Positions 36,148 through 48,834 of a stretch of 64,000 bases of DNA are shown piece by piece. Made by a program: the position numbers and the translations under genes. Numbering within the stretch: the first letter of the stretch is position 1; every line of letters begins with the position of its first letter. The notes under the pieces are model-generated. The model worked only from the letters and a program-made list of their open reading frames with translations. It was not told the origin of the DNA and ran no database searches. This DNA comes from Massalongia carnosa. Taxonomy: Eukaryota. The stretch is taken from positions 310,001 through 374,000 of the forward strand of contig OZ287079.1 in NCBI GenBank assembly GCA_965645245.1, written 5' to 3'.

Positions 36148-37145
36148 AGACTGGTTTTCTTATTAGGACAGTCGATGGCTGTCTTCTCCGGGTGTTTTTG
36201 CTTGCAATAAAGGCAGAGATTCCATTTATCACAGATATCCCTCACCCCTTCCGTTTTCAGAGATTTACCTTTGACGGCTGCCATAGCCTGGCTCAGGTCC
36301 ATGGGATCTCCGATAGAAGAATTCGGGACTGGTGCAGAAGGGATATCCGGTGTGCGAGCAAGGGGTGCGGCGAGAGTGATGGTCGCGTTATCCTTTCTCT
36401 GAGACGAGGTGGTTGTGGATGTCGGGGTAGTCCTGTTGTTGGGAGCCAGGTGTTTGATCTGGCGAATTTTCCGATCGGTATTCAACCACATTGCGACATG
36501 TTGATTGAAGGTGACTGGTTCCAGGTTGGTTCCGGGGACTCGATAGTGGACGGCGGCTTGAATGGCATAATTGATGTTGGACTTCATGGCATCAATTAGA
36601 GAAGCATCCTCCATTTTGGAGCGATCCTTTTTCTGGGCGAAGAGGTTATAGTAGTCTTCGAAACTCAGAGTACCCTGTTTAAGGGTTTCGCGAAGATACT
36701 TGCGAGCATCTTCCTGCTCGAAGGGGTTACCGCAAGCCTTACGAAGAGCGGTACGCCATTCGAAGAAGGTCTTCAGCGTGCAGATGCCGTCTAATCGATA
36801 GGCGTTCATGAGGTTGTGAGCTCTTTTCCCAATAGTGAGTCTGTTCTCCGCATAGGCAATCTTGGCGACGTCGGTTGGATAACGATCATGATTAACATGC
36901 ATTCGTTGGATCAGGCTTTGTTCCCAGGAGTCCAATTTGGCTTCCTCACCATCGTATTCGGAGATGTCAGGGAGCTTCTCGGAACGGATATCGACGGGTT
37001 TCTTGGCTAAGAGGATCTTCATCACCTCAGCCAGCTGAGAGTCCAAGGTGGGATTGATAGCGGGAGCGGGGACGGGAGCGGGGACAGGAGCCTGAGTCGA
37101 CAAAGCATCGATTCGTCGATGAAGTTCCGCATTCTCGGCCTGCAT
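36096..37145 (-). CDS. Gypsy Gag
   Basis: 349-aa ORF with LKQGT..EDY major-homology-like motif, DPMDL and CLYC..H..C. It overlaps pol in the -1 frame. Confidence 0.85.
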   Translation of the reverse strand: MQAENAELHRRIDALSTQAPVPAPVPAPAINPTLDSQLAEVMKILLAKKPVDIRSEKLPDISEYDGEEAKLDSWEQSLIQRMHVNHDRYPTDVAKIAYAENRLTIGKRAHNLMNAYRLDGICTLKTFFEWRTALRKACGNPFEQEDARKYLRETLKQGTLSFEDYYNLFAQKKDRSKMEDASLIDAMKSNINYAIQAAVHYRVPGTNLEPVTFNQHVAMWLNTDRKIRQIKHLAPNNRTTPTSTTTSSQRKDNATITLAAPLARTPDIPSAPVPNSSIGDPMDLSQAMAAVKGKSLKTEGVRDICDKWNLCLYCKQKHPEKTAIDCPNKKTSLCSSDTTSISELEDSKA

Positions 37146-39422
37146 GCGAGCGATGCTATCAACGAGTCCTTGAGGGTTTTCGTTGATATGTCCTTGAAGA
37201 TATTCTGCGGCGGTTTAAGTCAATTCGGTATCCATTTGATCAGTCATGATGATGGATTATGGGAAAGGGGATAGATGGAAGAAAAAATGCTTTGGAGGGC
37301 ACTTATAACGATCAGGTCCGACGTAATGTCAAGGACTGGGTTGGGATTGAACTAATGTTCCTAGAATTGGATTGGGTGATCAAGATGTCTTTATTAATGA
37401 AGCTATAGCTAGGGGATGGTTTGCTATACAAGACGTCGGACGAGGAGTCAACTATCTACTGGACATGTCCTCTTTTTATACCTGAGCCAGCCCCTTCTTT
37501 CTTATGTTTTACCTTCACCCTAGATGAGAGATTTTGGTGATAGTGGCGGCGATAAGGTGGAGCGATAAGTGAGCCAGTGGATGTAATAAGATTGGTGGAG
37601 TGGAGTAAGGGGGTTGGTTATTCAGACTCATACTGAGGATGAATCTGAATAGGCTTTCAGGTGGCTTTTACCTCAATCGCCGCTTGGCGATTCCGGGTAA
37701 TCACTTAGGTTTTAACTCAAACTTTGATTTCATGACACTGTATCTATCTGCACTTTCCTGCCGTGCCTGCACCTACCAACCGCGACTGCACCTTCCTGTC
37801 GTGCTTGCATCTCTCGTCTTATCGACGCCTCCTACCTTCGCATCTCGTTCCTGTATAGAAAAAAAAATCTACAGAGTCAAATGGTTAGCTGTTGCCAACT
37901 AGACCATAGTGGCCATGCTATGGACGAAATGCCACCTATTAGCGGTTATAACTCAGAAAGCTCGCAAACCTCTTACGTCGTCAAGCACCCAGCTCATTGC
38001 GCCGTCGAGGACCGAGCCCCTTGCGCCGACGAGGGCCGAGTCCATTACGCCATCAAGAATCGATATAGCTAGCTGTATTTTCGAGATGTCACATACGATA
38101 CGAGTGTCTATAATTCAATGATTCGACGTCTACAAAGCTTTGAATAGTGATACCGAAATTGCACCTCTCAGTTAGAACTATCTATCTAAATCCGTTCATC
38201 TACATTCGTCTAATCATATGTTTCTGCATCGATAGCAGGAACAGAAACATTAATGATCGCATACTCATTAAAAGCCGAACCTTCTGCCTCGTTTTCGCAT
38301 AGCTTGTCTTTGCCGTGACAGTAAATGCTGCATTTCTTTCCGGCCTTGCGACAGCGACATCTTCCGGTGCATGGTAGCTTTTTACAGCGACAGGAAATTC
38401 GTGGACGACCTGAATTTTGTTAGACTTATCATTCCTCGGCTTTGAATGTTATTGACGAAGAAGAGTTACCTGTATTGGATTCTTGTCTAGCCAGCTCCGA
38501 AACCATCTTCTTGACGGGCCTACCTCGAGGGGGTTATGGGCCTTTTTCAGACTTACAATAGCCTTGAATACCATCCGATATGTAGGAAGAATTCCATGCA
38601 TCAATAAGGACTTAATAAAGCCAGTAATTGACCTTGCCTCATGCTCCCTCAGTATCTGATTTTGTCCTCCATTTTTCCTCCCTTCTGGTCGACGGATGGA
38701 AGACGTCAAAGTTTTGACGTTGATATTGTAGATTCTAGCTGCAGTCGTTTTACTTTCTTTGGGATGATTTGTCAGAAATTCCTTCGCCTTTTTCAATCTT
38801 TCCATGGGGTTGAGAGTGAAGACAAGGGAGGTGTCGTTATCTATAATTCGAAAGGGGAGATTGGTTCGGGGGATTGATTCGAAAGGAAAGGATTTGAATT
38901 GATGATCAGTTAGGTAGGAAAAATGATTTTCAAGCTATGTACGGTATCGGCTGATTTTTAATCAATGTGGTTGTTGGTCAATGATCAAAAACATGAAGAA
39001 GTTTGAATTTGAGGGGATGTAACCGCTTTCCCGGATGCAACCGCTTTCCCCGATTAAAATGCAGTCGACATTTTTTCAAGTCGGATCCCGGAGCGAGCCG
39101 ACAATTAGTTAAGCTTAATCTCTTTCGGATCGACTAGCCGGCTAGTGCTTCGTTCAAGCAGCTTAGGTTGGTTCGATGAACTATGTAAGGTTTGGTTCAA
39201 TGAACTAACTGGCAGGTGCCCAGTCACCCCATGACATTTTGATAGTTTCATATTGATCTAATATGAGTTTAGACAAAATCTTATCACGTCAAAAAAAAAT
39301 CGGAACTGTAGCTCAATCGTCAGGTCCGGTTCACGTCAATATCACTCATAATACGTCTCATATCATTGAAGTTTACAATTACATCATAGTCTATTATCAT
39401 ATCATCAATTACTCGCCCGTGT

Positions 39423-40728
39423 CTAAGTCCTAACTACGGCTTGGTCGGGAGATTCAGCTTCGCCCCGTTCATGTATGAATCTGCCAGTTCCGGAATGTTT
39501 TTTTAGCGTCCCCGACATGCCTCGTGCCGTTGTCTCCATGGTATCCAGTTCCACGCCCTTGGACCTCTCGTCATCTACTTCAGCAACGAATGGCGAAGAC
39601 CCTCCTAACTCCGAGGAAAACGGATGATCCTTTGCATGTGACTGCCCTCCCTGACGCGCCTGATATTCTGCCTCCCAGCGGGCATGAGACTCTTTCTCCC
39701 ATTCGATACGTTTCCGCGCCGAGCGGCGTCGCCAAAGAATGACGACGACGGCCAAGCTGACAGCGAGACCCCCAACCCCAACGCCCACGCCAACACCGGT
39801 TTGGACTCTGTTGTTATGCGATTTTTTGGCGGATGATGCGAATGAGGCAGAAGCTACGGCTGCTGACGCAGACGAGACCAAAAAGGCGGTGAGCGACGAG
39901 GGTGAGGTCGTAACTGTGACTGTCGATGCTCCGGATGTGGCGGCATTTGAAGCGGAGGTCGCGGGGAAGAGATCGAAGTCCAGCTTGAGTGTCTCGCCCG
40001 GCTTCGGCTGCTGATCGCAACCTGCTTTCAAGACATGCACATCTGAACAGAATGGTCAGCATGTAGACGATGATCTGATATGAGTCCCGTGGACGCACAG
40101 TTGACCAAAGTCTTCGCGTTGGGTACTTGTTCCAGGCATTTCGCGCAATCATCTGCGACTTTGGAGAAAGCGCCGTCCCCATCGTTGCAATACTCATATT
40201 GTATTGTCGCGTTGGTCTGCAGCAGTCGGTCCACCAAGGCGAGTTTCGCATTCCCACCAGGGCCACTACAAACATCGGCACAACGTACGTTTGCGGCTGT
40301 GCGGTTTGCATTGTCCGGATAGGCAAACACACACCAGTCGATGGAAAATTTCAGGTTGACTAAACGCAGGCAGCAGCAAGTTCAGCAATTGCGAAGCATT
40401 CCCGCATCGGGCGAGAACATTCCAACGTACATAGAACCCAGTAAACCTCATTTTGATTCGTGTGTGAATCCGTGGCGGTACTGTTGATCTCACAAGTCAA
40501 GCAGCTTTTCCATTTGCGTCCACGGACGGTCGAATTCGCACCGTCAAGTTCATAATCGTCACATATCACGTCCCGGCCCAAAGTATAGGAATTTCCATCA
40601 TCACCAAAATTGGCCCCGTTAGAGATGTTTTCATCGCAGAGAGGGCTGCATCCGGAGTTTGGAGTCACCTCGAGAGTCTGCACAAGGCGGAATAAGAAAA
40701 GGAGAACTGCAAGATTAACCGTCCGCAT
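39423..40728 (-). CDS. Cys-rich type I membrane/cell-surface protein. Exons 40728-40431, 40359-40099, 40042-39423
   Basis: Signal peptide MRTVNLAVLLFLFRLVQT, Cys-rich ectodomain, Ser/Thr/Ala stalk, and TM GVGVGVGVGGLAVSLAVVVIL followed by WRRR. Two canonical introns keep the frame. Confidence 0.85.
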
Positions 40729-42061
40729 GGTGACGACGTTGAATCCGTGACAGACTCGTAGAGCCGGAATCAGGATGAGGGAAATGGGTGGATAAATAGC
40801 CTTCCCCAATCCTACGGTTCGCCATGGCTGCGCCGCACGCCCTGCTGAACGACTTTTCTCGTTTTATCCAATCGGCTTCAGGAACGAATCCTCTAGCCCG
40901 GCGATTATCAGCACCGGTGGCTCGGATGGTTTAGCAAATAAACTCCCTTGGGAAGGGTGATGCATCGAATAGGAACGGCGAAGCTAAGGCTGAAAGGTCC
41001 GGTCCGACTAGATCCAATGCCGTTGCCTGAAGCCTTGGAAATTGGACACTTAGTGGGGACAAGGCATCGCCATAAGCTTATTGGGGGCGGACAAAAATAG
41101 CAAGGAGAGAGGTTATTGTGTAGATCCCTGAACTAGCGACGTTTTGTCTCGAAGTTAAGCTCCTCGTAAGTAGGAACATCACGTGCAAAACTTAATTAGT
41201 GTTTCAAAGCAATACGTAAAGGCTCAGCCCTACCAGCAGGGTGAATCATCAGATTTATTATCATTTGATACGACGAGACAATGACAGAGGAAGGCGAGAT
41301 AGCATCTGCCTCGGTCATCAAGGTGTCATTTGCTACTTTAGCACCGCAGCCTTTGCTCGAGCAAAGATATTTGTCAAATGCCAGCTATACTGGCATTAAC
41401 CAACATTGGTCAACGGGGCCCGTCACATGCCCGTCGCATGACATTGCCACCGCGGCACAGGTAAAAATTCTTCATCCCCCACATTCTTTCTTCCTTCCGA
41501 GACATCTCCTGATCTATCCCCTGGCGGCACACCTAGCTAGAAAATCATCTAAAGATCAATGCCATTCATTTCACCTCATCTGGTCAAGACGTAAATCATC
41601 TCATCTGATCATCAGGGCAAAAAGCCTCAGAGTTATATTAAAATTCAGCTGTTTCTTTGAATTTAAATACAATCCTTTTGTCACTATACCGAGGTTAATT
41701 GTCTTACTTACCCGACATGACTCTACCTTCCTATCGCATGGAACATTCTATGAGAATCTATAATTCCGTTATTATCGCACGACAAGGCCCCTGCGACGAA
41801 CGCGATGGAAGTTTCTCGATTCCATGAAGGCGATATTCAGTATATATATTTGGGCAGGTAATCTCACATTTTTTCTTTCTTAGATAGTTCAGTTTAGTTC
41901 AGTTCAATTTGGTTATATAGCTTCAAGCACAGCATATCAGCCTTTTCATTGATTCAGTGCAACTCCCCCAGCCCCCTCTATTCAACAAGAAGGGTCTATA
42001 AAGGGAGACATAAAAACCCCCAAGCTGAAATCGGAACAACTATCAGTCCTAGGCCAGAAAC

Positions 42062-43540
42062 ATGAAGATAGCCCTCGACGCCAAGCTTCTATGGGACCTG
42101 GTGAAGGGGGCCATACCGGAACCTGATAGAAGAACCAGGCCAAAGGACAACCGGGTATGGTGGATCGACAATAATCATGCCAAGATGTGGATCAACATCA
42201 ACCTCGAGGAGGACCAACAGCATCATTGCAGCGATGATGAGAAGTATGCTTACAACTTATGGAAGACCCTGCACAACGTCCCACGGGATGGACAGTCAGG
42301 GTAGGATGATGATGTTGAAAAGAAAGTTTAAAACGTACAAAGCCAAAACGGGTGAAACCATAGATGAGATAACCAGCGAACTAAGCCGAATCCGGTTTTT
42401 AACTCGGAAAATCCGGCCTACAGAAGCGCCAAGTGATTTCGATTTGGCTATGTGCTTGATGAACGCAGTCGACAACGAGCAATACGAGTTCGTCAAACTA
42501 CACCTCGAAGAAGATAATAACCTTACCCTCAAATACACAAAGCAACGGCTAAAAACGGTCGAACAGAAAATTATTGATCAGGGACGGGCAGAGAATGCCA
42601 ACAAAGCGCTCACCTCCTCGAACCGCCTGTGCTTCTTTTGCAATAAGCCCGGACACATGAAGATCGAGTGCTTCGGATGGCTAAAAACTGGAGGAAAGGC
42701 ATACATTAAGAAGAAGGCTAAAGAAAAGGGAGAAGGGAAGCCGAAAGCGACTTAGGATAACAAGAATGACAAAGCATGCTCGCAGAAGAAGCCCGGAAAG
42801 CCACAGCAGGGGCAGAGGCGGGGGCGGAGCGGGACCGCTCGACAGGCTCAGGAAGAGTCGACGTCTGAATTCACGGAGTCAGAAGAAGACGAAGAGGTAG
42901 GCTTCATGACAATAGAAGAGGATGAGGAGATACTAGGGTTCGAGGTCTCGAAGACCCGGAAGGCAAATATCTTCATTAAAACACCTCGGGTTGACAGGGA
43001 TTTGGGCAGGTGGATAATTGATTCAGAAGGGAGTCGACACATGACTTCATCAAGTTTCAGAACACATCAACAAGTGTTATCATCGCAGATGGGACAAAGA
43101 CATCATCGCTCGAAAAGGGGTGACATCAGCATTGACCTCGGAGGAAAGAGGGTCCAAATGAAAAACGTTCTGTGGGTGCCTCAGCTTGATTCAAACTTAT
43201 TGTCCATAAAGGCCCTGAATCGAAAAGGACTCTCTGCTCTTTTTCATCCGGAAGGGGTGAAATTTTTCAGAGATGGTACCATCGTCGTCACCGATTTTTA
43301 TAAAAGCAACATGTTCCTACTTCGAAACTCGAAGGTCGCATTGAAAACAAAGGAGCCGGGGGATCATGAAGAAATTTCAGAAGAATTTCGGAAAAAGGAA
43401 TTAAGCGGGGATCAAGCAAGCGGGCTGAGGGCAGAGTTAAGTAAGCCGAAGACAGAACAGGCCAAAATAGGTGCATATTTACTCTGGCACGCTCGACTAG
43501 GGCATGTCAGTGCTCGAAGAATTCAGCTTTTGTTCAAGAA
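42062..43540 (+). pseudogene. Copia gag / protease / gag-pre-integrase remnant
   Basis: LLWDLV, CFFCNKPGHMKIEC, WIIDSEGSRHMT, LWHARLGH. Frameshift and stop present. Confidence 0.8.
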
Positions 43541-45220
43541 AGTTGCTTTGCGGTCGCTAGACTATTCGGTTGGGGCGGGACTTATTATATTGGGAGTTGA
43601 TTCTAGTGGAAAGGGGTGGGGCGCAATCTTGATGCAAGAAAGGGAGGGCAAGCGACATCCGTCGCGATATGAAAGCGGTATTTGGTCCAACACGGAGAAG
43701 TCGTATGATGCTGCAAAGAGGGAATGTCGAGGGGTTCTAAAGGCTCTCAAGAAGGTTCGCAACTATCTTTATGGGGTACGTTTCTTGCTGGAGACGGATG
43801 CTTCGGTTTTGGTGGCACAACTAAATCGTGGGGGGGACTGATCTACCTGGGGCACTGATTACCCGCTGGATAGCCTGGATTCAACTCTTCGACTTTGATG
43901 TAAAACACATTCCAGGCAAGAAACATACAGCGGCGGATGGATTATCACGGAAGCCACCCACTGAAGGAGATATACGAGAAAGGAAGATGGAGCCAAACAT
44001 AGAAGAATTCATAGATATGGAGTTAGGATCTATGAGTTGCTCCTATCACGATTACTAATGAGCTACCTGTTAGATGTTTGATGATGAGGCCACCATCAAC
44101 ATGGGCATCCATCATGAGCCCCGGAGGTGCCTGGCAAGCAGATATGGGAGCTGTTGAAGGCCGAGATGTCTGCTTTTAGAAAAGGGCACTAACCCCAACG
44201 CGTACTAGCTATGGGAAATATTTGGATTGGCCACCTTGGGATTTATCATCAACATCCCGCGTCTGATATTCTAGGAGACATTCGAACATTCTACAGTTGA
44301 TAATGAGGCAAATATGTCAGCTTCGGAACTCCGCCAAAGACGAGCTTACATATCAGCATTTGACTGACCGATCACATACAAAGTGGGAGAATCGTGCTCA
44401 AGGCAGGCAGCGGTATATAATAGGCTATATGCCTCCATAGATAGCTTCACCTTCAATGACAATCATGCTATTATACCTACAAAGTGAATTTATATTTCAT
44501 ACTACCCTTGGAGGGTAGCTATTCGGACAAATCTCAACAGATTGCTACTTATCTTACCAGCCTGCAGCGACCGTCAGGAATGAGTGGGAAGGAGTTCTTC
44601 AGGTTTAAGAAGGGAGCAATGAGGTACTGTGTGCAAGAAAAGAAACTGTTCCGCCGAAACAACAAAAATGTCCCTATAAGGAGAGTTGTGGATGACAACA
44701 AGGAAAGACACGAGATCATGGAGAAGCTACATGACGAAAGTGGTCATAAAGGTAGAGAGGGGACTTATCGTAGAAATGCTGACCGTTATTGGGGGGATGG
44801 ACCGTTTGAATTCGCTCCCTGAGACGGAAGGGTGGTTTGAGGTAGGTGCAGCGGTGGGTGTCTTTGGGGAGGGATTTCGTAGGCGGTGATGCCAGGGGAC
44901 GGCATCATTGGGAGTGTGTGGAAGATCTAGTGGGGTGGAGGTGATGAGCAGGGGTGGAGGCAGTGTGGAGGGGGGTTTTTCCGGGGCCGAAGCAGTCCCG
45001 TCTGCTTATATAGGGGAGTTCAGGTAGACAGTAGGGGCACCCATTCTTCTTCCTTTCAACAATCAAGAGAGTTTTCTTTCCGTGTCTAGTCCAGAGTTCG
45101 ATCAGGTTAGAGTACACTCAGAGTTCTGTTTGTGTTTTCACGTGCGTTCCACGTCTGTTTTCGATCGCCCCTCTAGAGGTCATCACCCTACGCACCACCC
45201 ACGACTACCCCTCTTCAACA
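43541..45220 (+). mobile_element. Gypsy remnant (RNase H, start of integrase, truncated 3' LTR)
   Basis: GVDSSGKGWGAIL..RECRG..ETDA..AADGLSR and LHDESGHKGR. An LTR-like segment with a TATA box ends CTCTTCAACA at 45220. Confidence 0.75.
44068..44501. mobile_element. Solo LTR inside the Gypsy remnant
   Basis: CTACC TSD on both sides and a TG start. Removal restores TNELPLEGSYSDKS. Confidence 0.75.
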
Positions 45221-45373
45221 TGTATTTTTTGTATATTTTATCATGACATTTCTTTGTGTACTTAAATCATAACGCTTCCTCGCCGCTTTGTATATTAAAG
45301 ATAGACAAAACAACACAAAACATCAAAATTGTTTTAAGTCAATCAAGCTTTATTTCAACAGTTTCTTCTTCAA

Positions 45374-46081
45374 TCAAGTCGTAGAAACATTATAGTGCGT
45401 GTTATCTATCAACAAAGCAGCAAGCTTGTTGTCCATGATGAACGTGATGTTGTATAGCGGTTGGGAAAACTCATCCGGCAACTTCACATATTGCATCGGT
45501 ACCGAACTGGTCGGGTTGACCGGAGGGGTGAACGTGTAAGACGCAAGCGCAATCTGCTTGTTGGTCTTCGGCTGAAAGCCCGCGACGAGGATGGAGCACT
45601 GTTCAGCCAGAGTCGCCGTCGGTTCCATGGTGCGAGACGTACAGCCGAAGTAAAAGTCGATCAGGGTAAAGGACTTGTACGGCTCCGCGACGGTGATGGA
45701 AGGCGTTCCCCTTTGCAATTGGATGTCGACCGCTGTCAAGCTGACCTTGGGCGGCGATTCGGGCTTGACGCCGCTGACTTTGACTGGCACGCTGCTGAGA
45801 GCGCTTGAATACGACCATGCGTTGTAGGTGAGGAAGAGGTAGGTTCCCACAGCGGATTCAGTGATAGAGTCTGGGAGATTATCTTACTTTTAAGACGTCA
45901 ATGGACTCGTGTGAGAAGAGGATGGATGAAGTCTTTTGGAGTCAGATGAGTATTAATGTGATCGACATGATTATCAAATCCATGTCTAAATACTTACTGT
46001 CGCTATATATTCGACGGTGCTGCCCGAGACAGAGCCAGCTATAGCAAGGCTAGAGAGCAATCGAAGGAGTAGCGATCTCAT
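45374..46081 (-). CDS. Small secreted protein (DUF7371-like), possibly pseudogenised
   Basis: Signal peptide exon MRSLLLRLLSSLAIAGSVSG (46081-45998) with GTAAGT donor, and a second exon with FTLIDFYFGC. The obvious acceptor places TAA in frame. Confidence 0.55.
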
Positions 46082-47589
46082 GATTGGAGGTCTTCTTTAT
46101 TAGACAATGGTCTACTCGAGCTGTGATGTGTTGTGAAATTAAAAGATATAAGAGTTTTTGGTGTTTGAGATGAGTTGGAGAGCAAGCCAGGTATTTATAA
46201 GTTGTGCTGTTCATCGATTCTTTGTTCCAAGAACTCCGTCCCACAGGCACGATGCTTAAGATGAATGATGATGTCAATAAAATTAGCTTACATCGACGAC
46301 GCTCGATTCTAGGCATGAGGCAATGCGCAATTTTTCTTCTCACGCATCTATTTTATTCATCGTATTCGAATTCTTCGATTCGTTGATATAGGACAGCTCC
46401 GACGATGTCCTTGAAGCAATTGCATTGTGATTGAACACCCTGAAAAGCAAAGCGGGTGTTAGCGAAATCGATAGTGTGAACATGACTGTTTTGAAAAGGC
46501 ATTTATAAGGCATGACGCAAGTTCTGACAGAGAAATCGGGATTAAGTTTGAAGATCCCTTCATGATGCGCGGCAGTTTGCCTCTTTTGACTTACATCAGA
46601 GATATCCCGATGCCAATTGTGTAATATCTTGGATCGTTGTTTAAGGGAAGGGCTATTCTTATTGGTTAACGAATGCTCTTTAGCGGAGTTTAAAGATGCA
46701 GATGTGAAACTCTGTTGTGAGATGTCCATTGAACTGCATGCGCTCGGAAGATCTTCACATGAATAAACTGGATTCCGGGCCTGAAGGATGGGGAAGTGGG
46801 ACCAGTGCAACAGCAAGCCTCCTCGTCTGTAGAACAGTCGAGACTTCCACATTGATCGGATGCGGTGGGGAATACAGTCATAGCCACCGTTATCCAGTAG
46901 ATCGACGCTTCTTATTTCTCCATGTGCGACATTGATGATCTGTTCTGGCGTTGCGCGATTGTCGGACTCGAAGAGATTGAGCTCAGTCCAGAAACTTGAC
47001 TTTCATATTAGCGATAATCTATTTGTTCGGATCGAAGACCATAGAACCTAAACACGGCTGTACAGAATATGAGAAGTTGTGGTGGAACTGCTCCGGGATA
47101 GTATAACTATAGATTTATTAGAAATGAAAGCAGAAAAGTCGAGGATGTTCACATCATGCATCAAGAAAACCAGGCTAGTTCGGCATGAGGACTTCGTATC
47201 CGAGGACGAGCGATGCAGGTTATGAGCAGAACTACACATGCAAAGCACAGGCTAAGAATATACTGTTTAAACTGTGGATGCTAGCAGCAGGGGAAATGGG
47301 TAATTCATATACTATCCCCCCCCCTGAACAATCTTGAAAACATGGGTTTTTTGCATGGGGGGTGCAGGGGAAAATACAGGGGTAAGTTGACCAATCAAAA
47401 TCAGTAGACTTTTACGACCGAGGCTAATTTCAATATTTGGTAGGACCGCCTTACAGATCAAACACCTGTCGAGGCCGCGGTGGTAGATTGCCATGGAGTG
47501 TAAGGCGAACTCCTGTGTGGATACTAGCCGGGAACTCCATATGGAATCTCCTGGCCTACTCGGAGCTACTCGATCTCTTGATGGATTAA

Positions 47590-48420
47590 GAGTTGTAGCA
47601 GGAGGCACGGCTAGCTGGACGCAGCTTGAGCTCGGCCTCCTATTACTACGCTGGTAGTGATGTCGGCTGAATGAACCTACATGACCTCGTTGTCTAGACC
47701 TTGTGTCTAGAGGCAGGTCCGCAGTGTAGCGAGGTATTCAGTCGGAGGTAACCTTCCATCACTACGTTTGTAGTGGTGACGGCGAAATGAAGCTACATAG
47801 CCTTCGGCGTCTAGACTTTATGTTTAGAGGCAGGCTAGCAATGTAGCGAGGGATCTAGCTGGAGGTAGAACTGTTCTACCTTGCAAGGGAAGATCTAGAA
47901 GGCTGCTCGAGGCTGACTAGATGATCCAGCAAACTCCGGGTTCGTGGATGGATCCTGAGGGATGGTTAGATGTAAGGCGACAGACAAGGTCAGATGTGAG
48001 TTGCAAGGCTCCTAAGGTTCTAAGGCTCCCAAGGCTATAGGCTTGGGGTGAGTAGGATAAATATTAGAACGAATCCTGTAGTATTCGTTAGCAATTAGTC
48101 TTTGTTCTATGAACAACCTACGGTTGGGTCTCGGACGAGATCTCTTGGTCTAAGCACTTTCACCACCGTTAGTTCTTTGGATCACGTATACTCTCGGAGA
48201 CTAGCACGTAGTAGCTATCTTCCACCTCTCGCGCTGAGCATTTCCTCTTTCGAGATCAGTGTCGCTCGTGATTAGCTTACTGGTTTCGTAGCCCTTTACA
48301 CTGCTGTTGCTGTCGCAACAGTGACTAGTTTCTACGAGAATGTTGAGACTGGTTCTGAGAATTTCCTATTGACTAAGTTTTCTACAAAATTTCCAGATGA
48401 AGTTTCGAAGCTTCGTGAGT
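47590..48420 (-). other. Heavily mutated repeat relic with a ~118-bp tandem duplication (47645-47866)
   Basis: Two diverged tandem units are visible. Many CTAG/TAG triplets occur where CAG would keep a minus-strand frame open. Confidence 0.4.
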
Positions 48421-48500
48421 GGGAGGCTATTTGTCTTCTTTCCTTCGTGACCTAGTCATAGTCTTAGTAGCTTTAGGAATCTCGATCCTATCTGTGGTTG

Positions 48501-48600
48501 TCTCGATTCTGTCCTGTCTCGATTCTGTCCTGTCTCGATTCTGTCCTGTCTCGATTCTGTCCTGTCTCGATTCTGTCCTGTCTCGATTCTGTCCTGTCTC
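48501..48600. repeat. 16-bp minisatellite TCTCGATTCTGTCCTG x6
   Basis: Perfect tandem copies. Confidence 0.95.
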
Positions 48601-48734
48601 TATGTCCCGGAGGTTCATTGAACGTCGCCTCGTTCATTGAACTTACCTCGTACCTGAAGTTTATTGAACGTACCTGAGGTTCATTGAACTTACTAGTTCG
48701 TCTATAGCGAGAGCTAGTGCGGGACCGATGCTAT

Positions 48735-48824
48735 TCGGCTACCAGCGGATTCGGCTACCAGCGGATCGGCTACCAGCGGATCGGCTACCAGCGGATCGGC
48801 TACCAGCGGATCGGCTACCAGCGG
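48735..48824. repeat. 15-bp minisatellite TCGGCTACCAGCGGA x6
   Basis: Near-perfect tandem copies. Confidence 0.95.
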
Positions 48825-48834
48825 TTCTCCACGC

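Larger units (their letters stand above)
31333..37737 (-). mobile_element. Ty3/Gypsy chromovirus LTR retrotransposon
   Basis: ~410-bp LTRs (31333-31742, 37327-37737, roughly a dozen differences), CTGTA TSD, PPT GAAGGGGGAG, and gag-PR-RT-RH-INT-chromo order. Confidence 0.97.
31129..38493 (-). mobile_element. 3' part of Ginger-like integrase transposon (copy 2), split by the Gypsy insertion
   Basis: Starts TGTTCTGGTCGAGGCATG. 31129-31332 and 37743-38493 are reverse complements of 55477-55750 and 52240-52921. Confidence 0.85.
30255..39105 (-). mobile_element. pogo family A copy hosting a Ginger-like element and a Gypsy element
   Basis: TIRs at 30255-30480 and 38920-39105 with TA flanks. Transposase C-terminus at 30570-31128 and N-terminus at 38491-38840 match 52924-55474. 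Confidence 0.9.

Noticed and set aside
46320..47420. Possible degraded gene or transposon end
   Set aside because: Many stops and no motif or partner terminus could be identified.
48501..48824. Short repeat arrays as CRISPR
   Set aside because: Head-to-tail minisatellites with no unique spacers.
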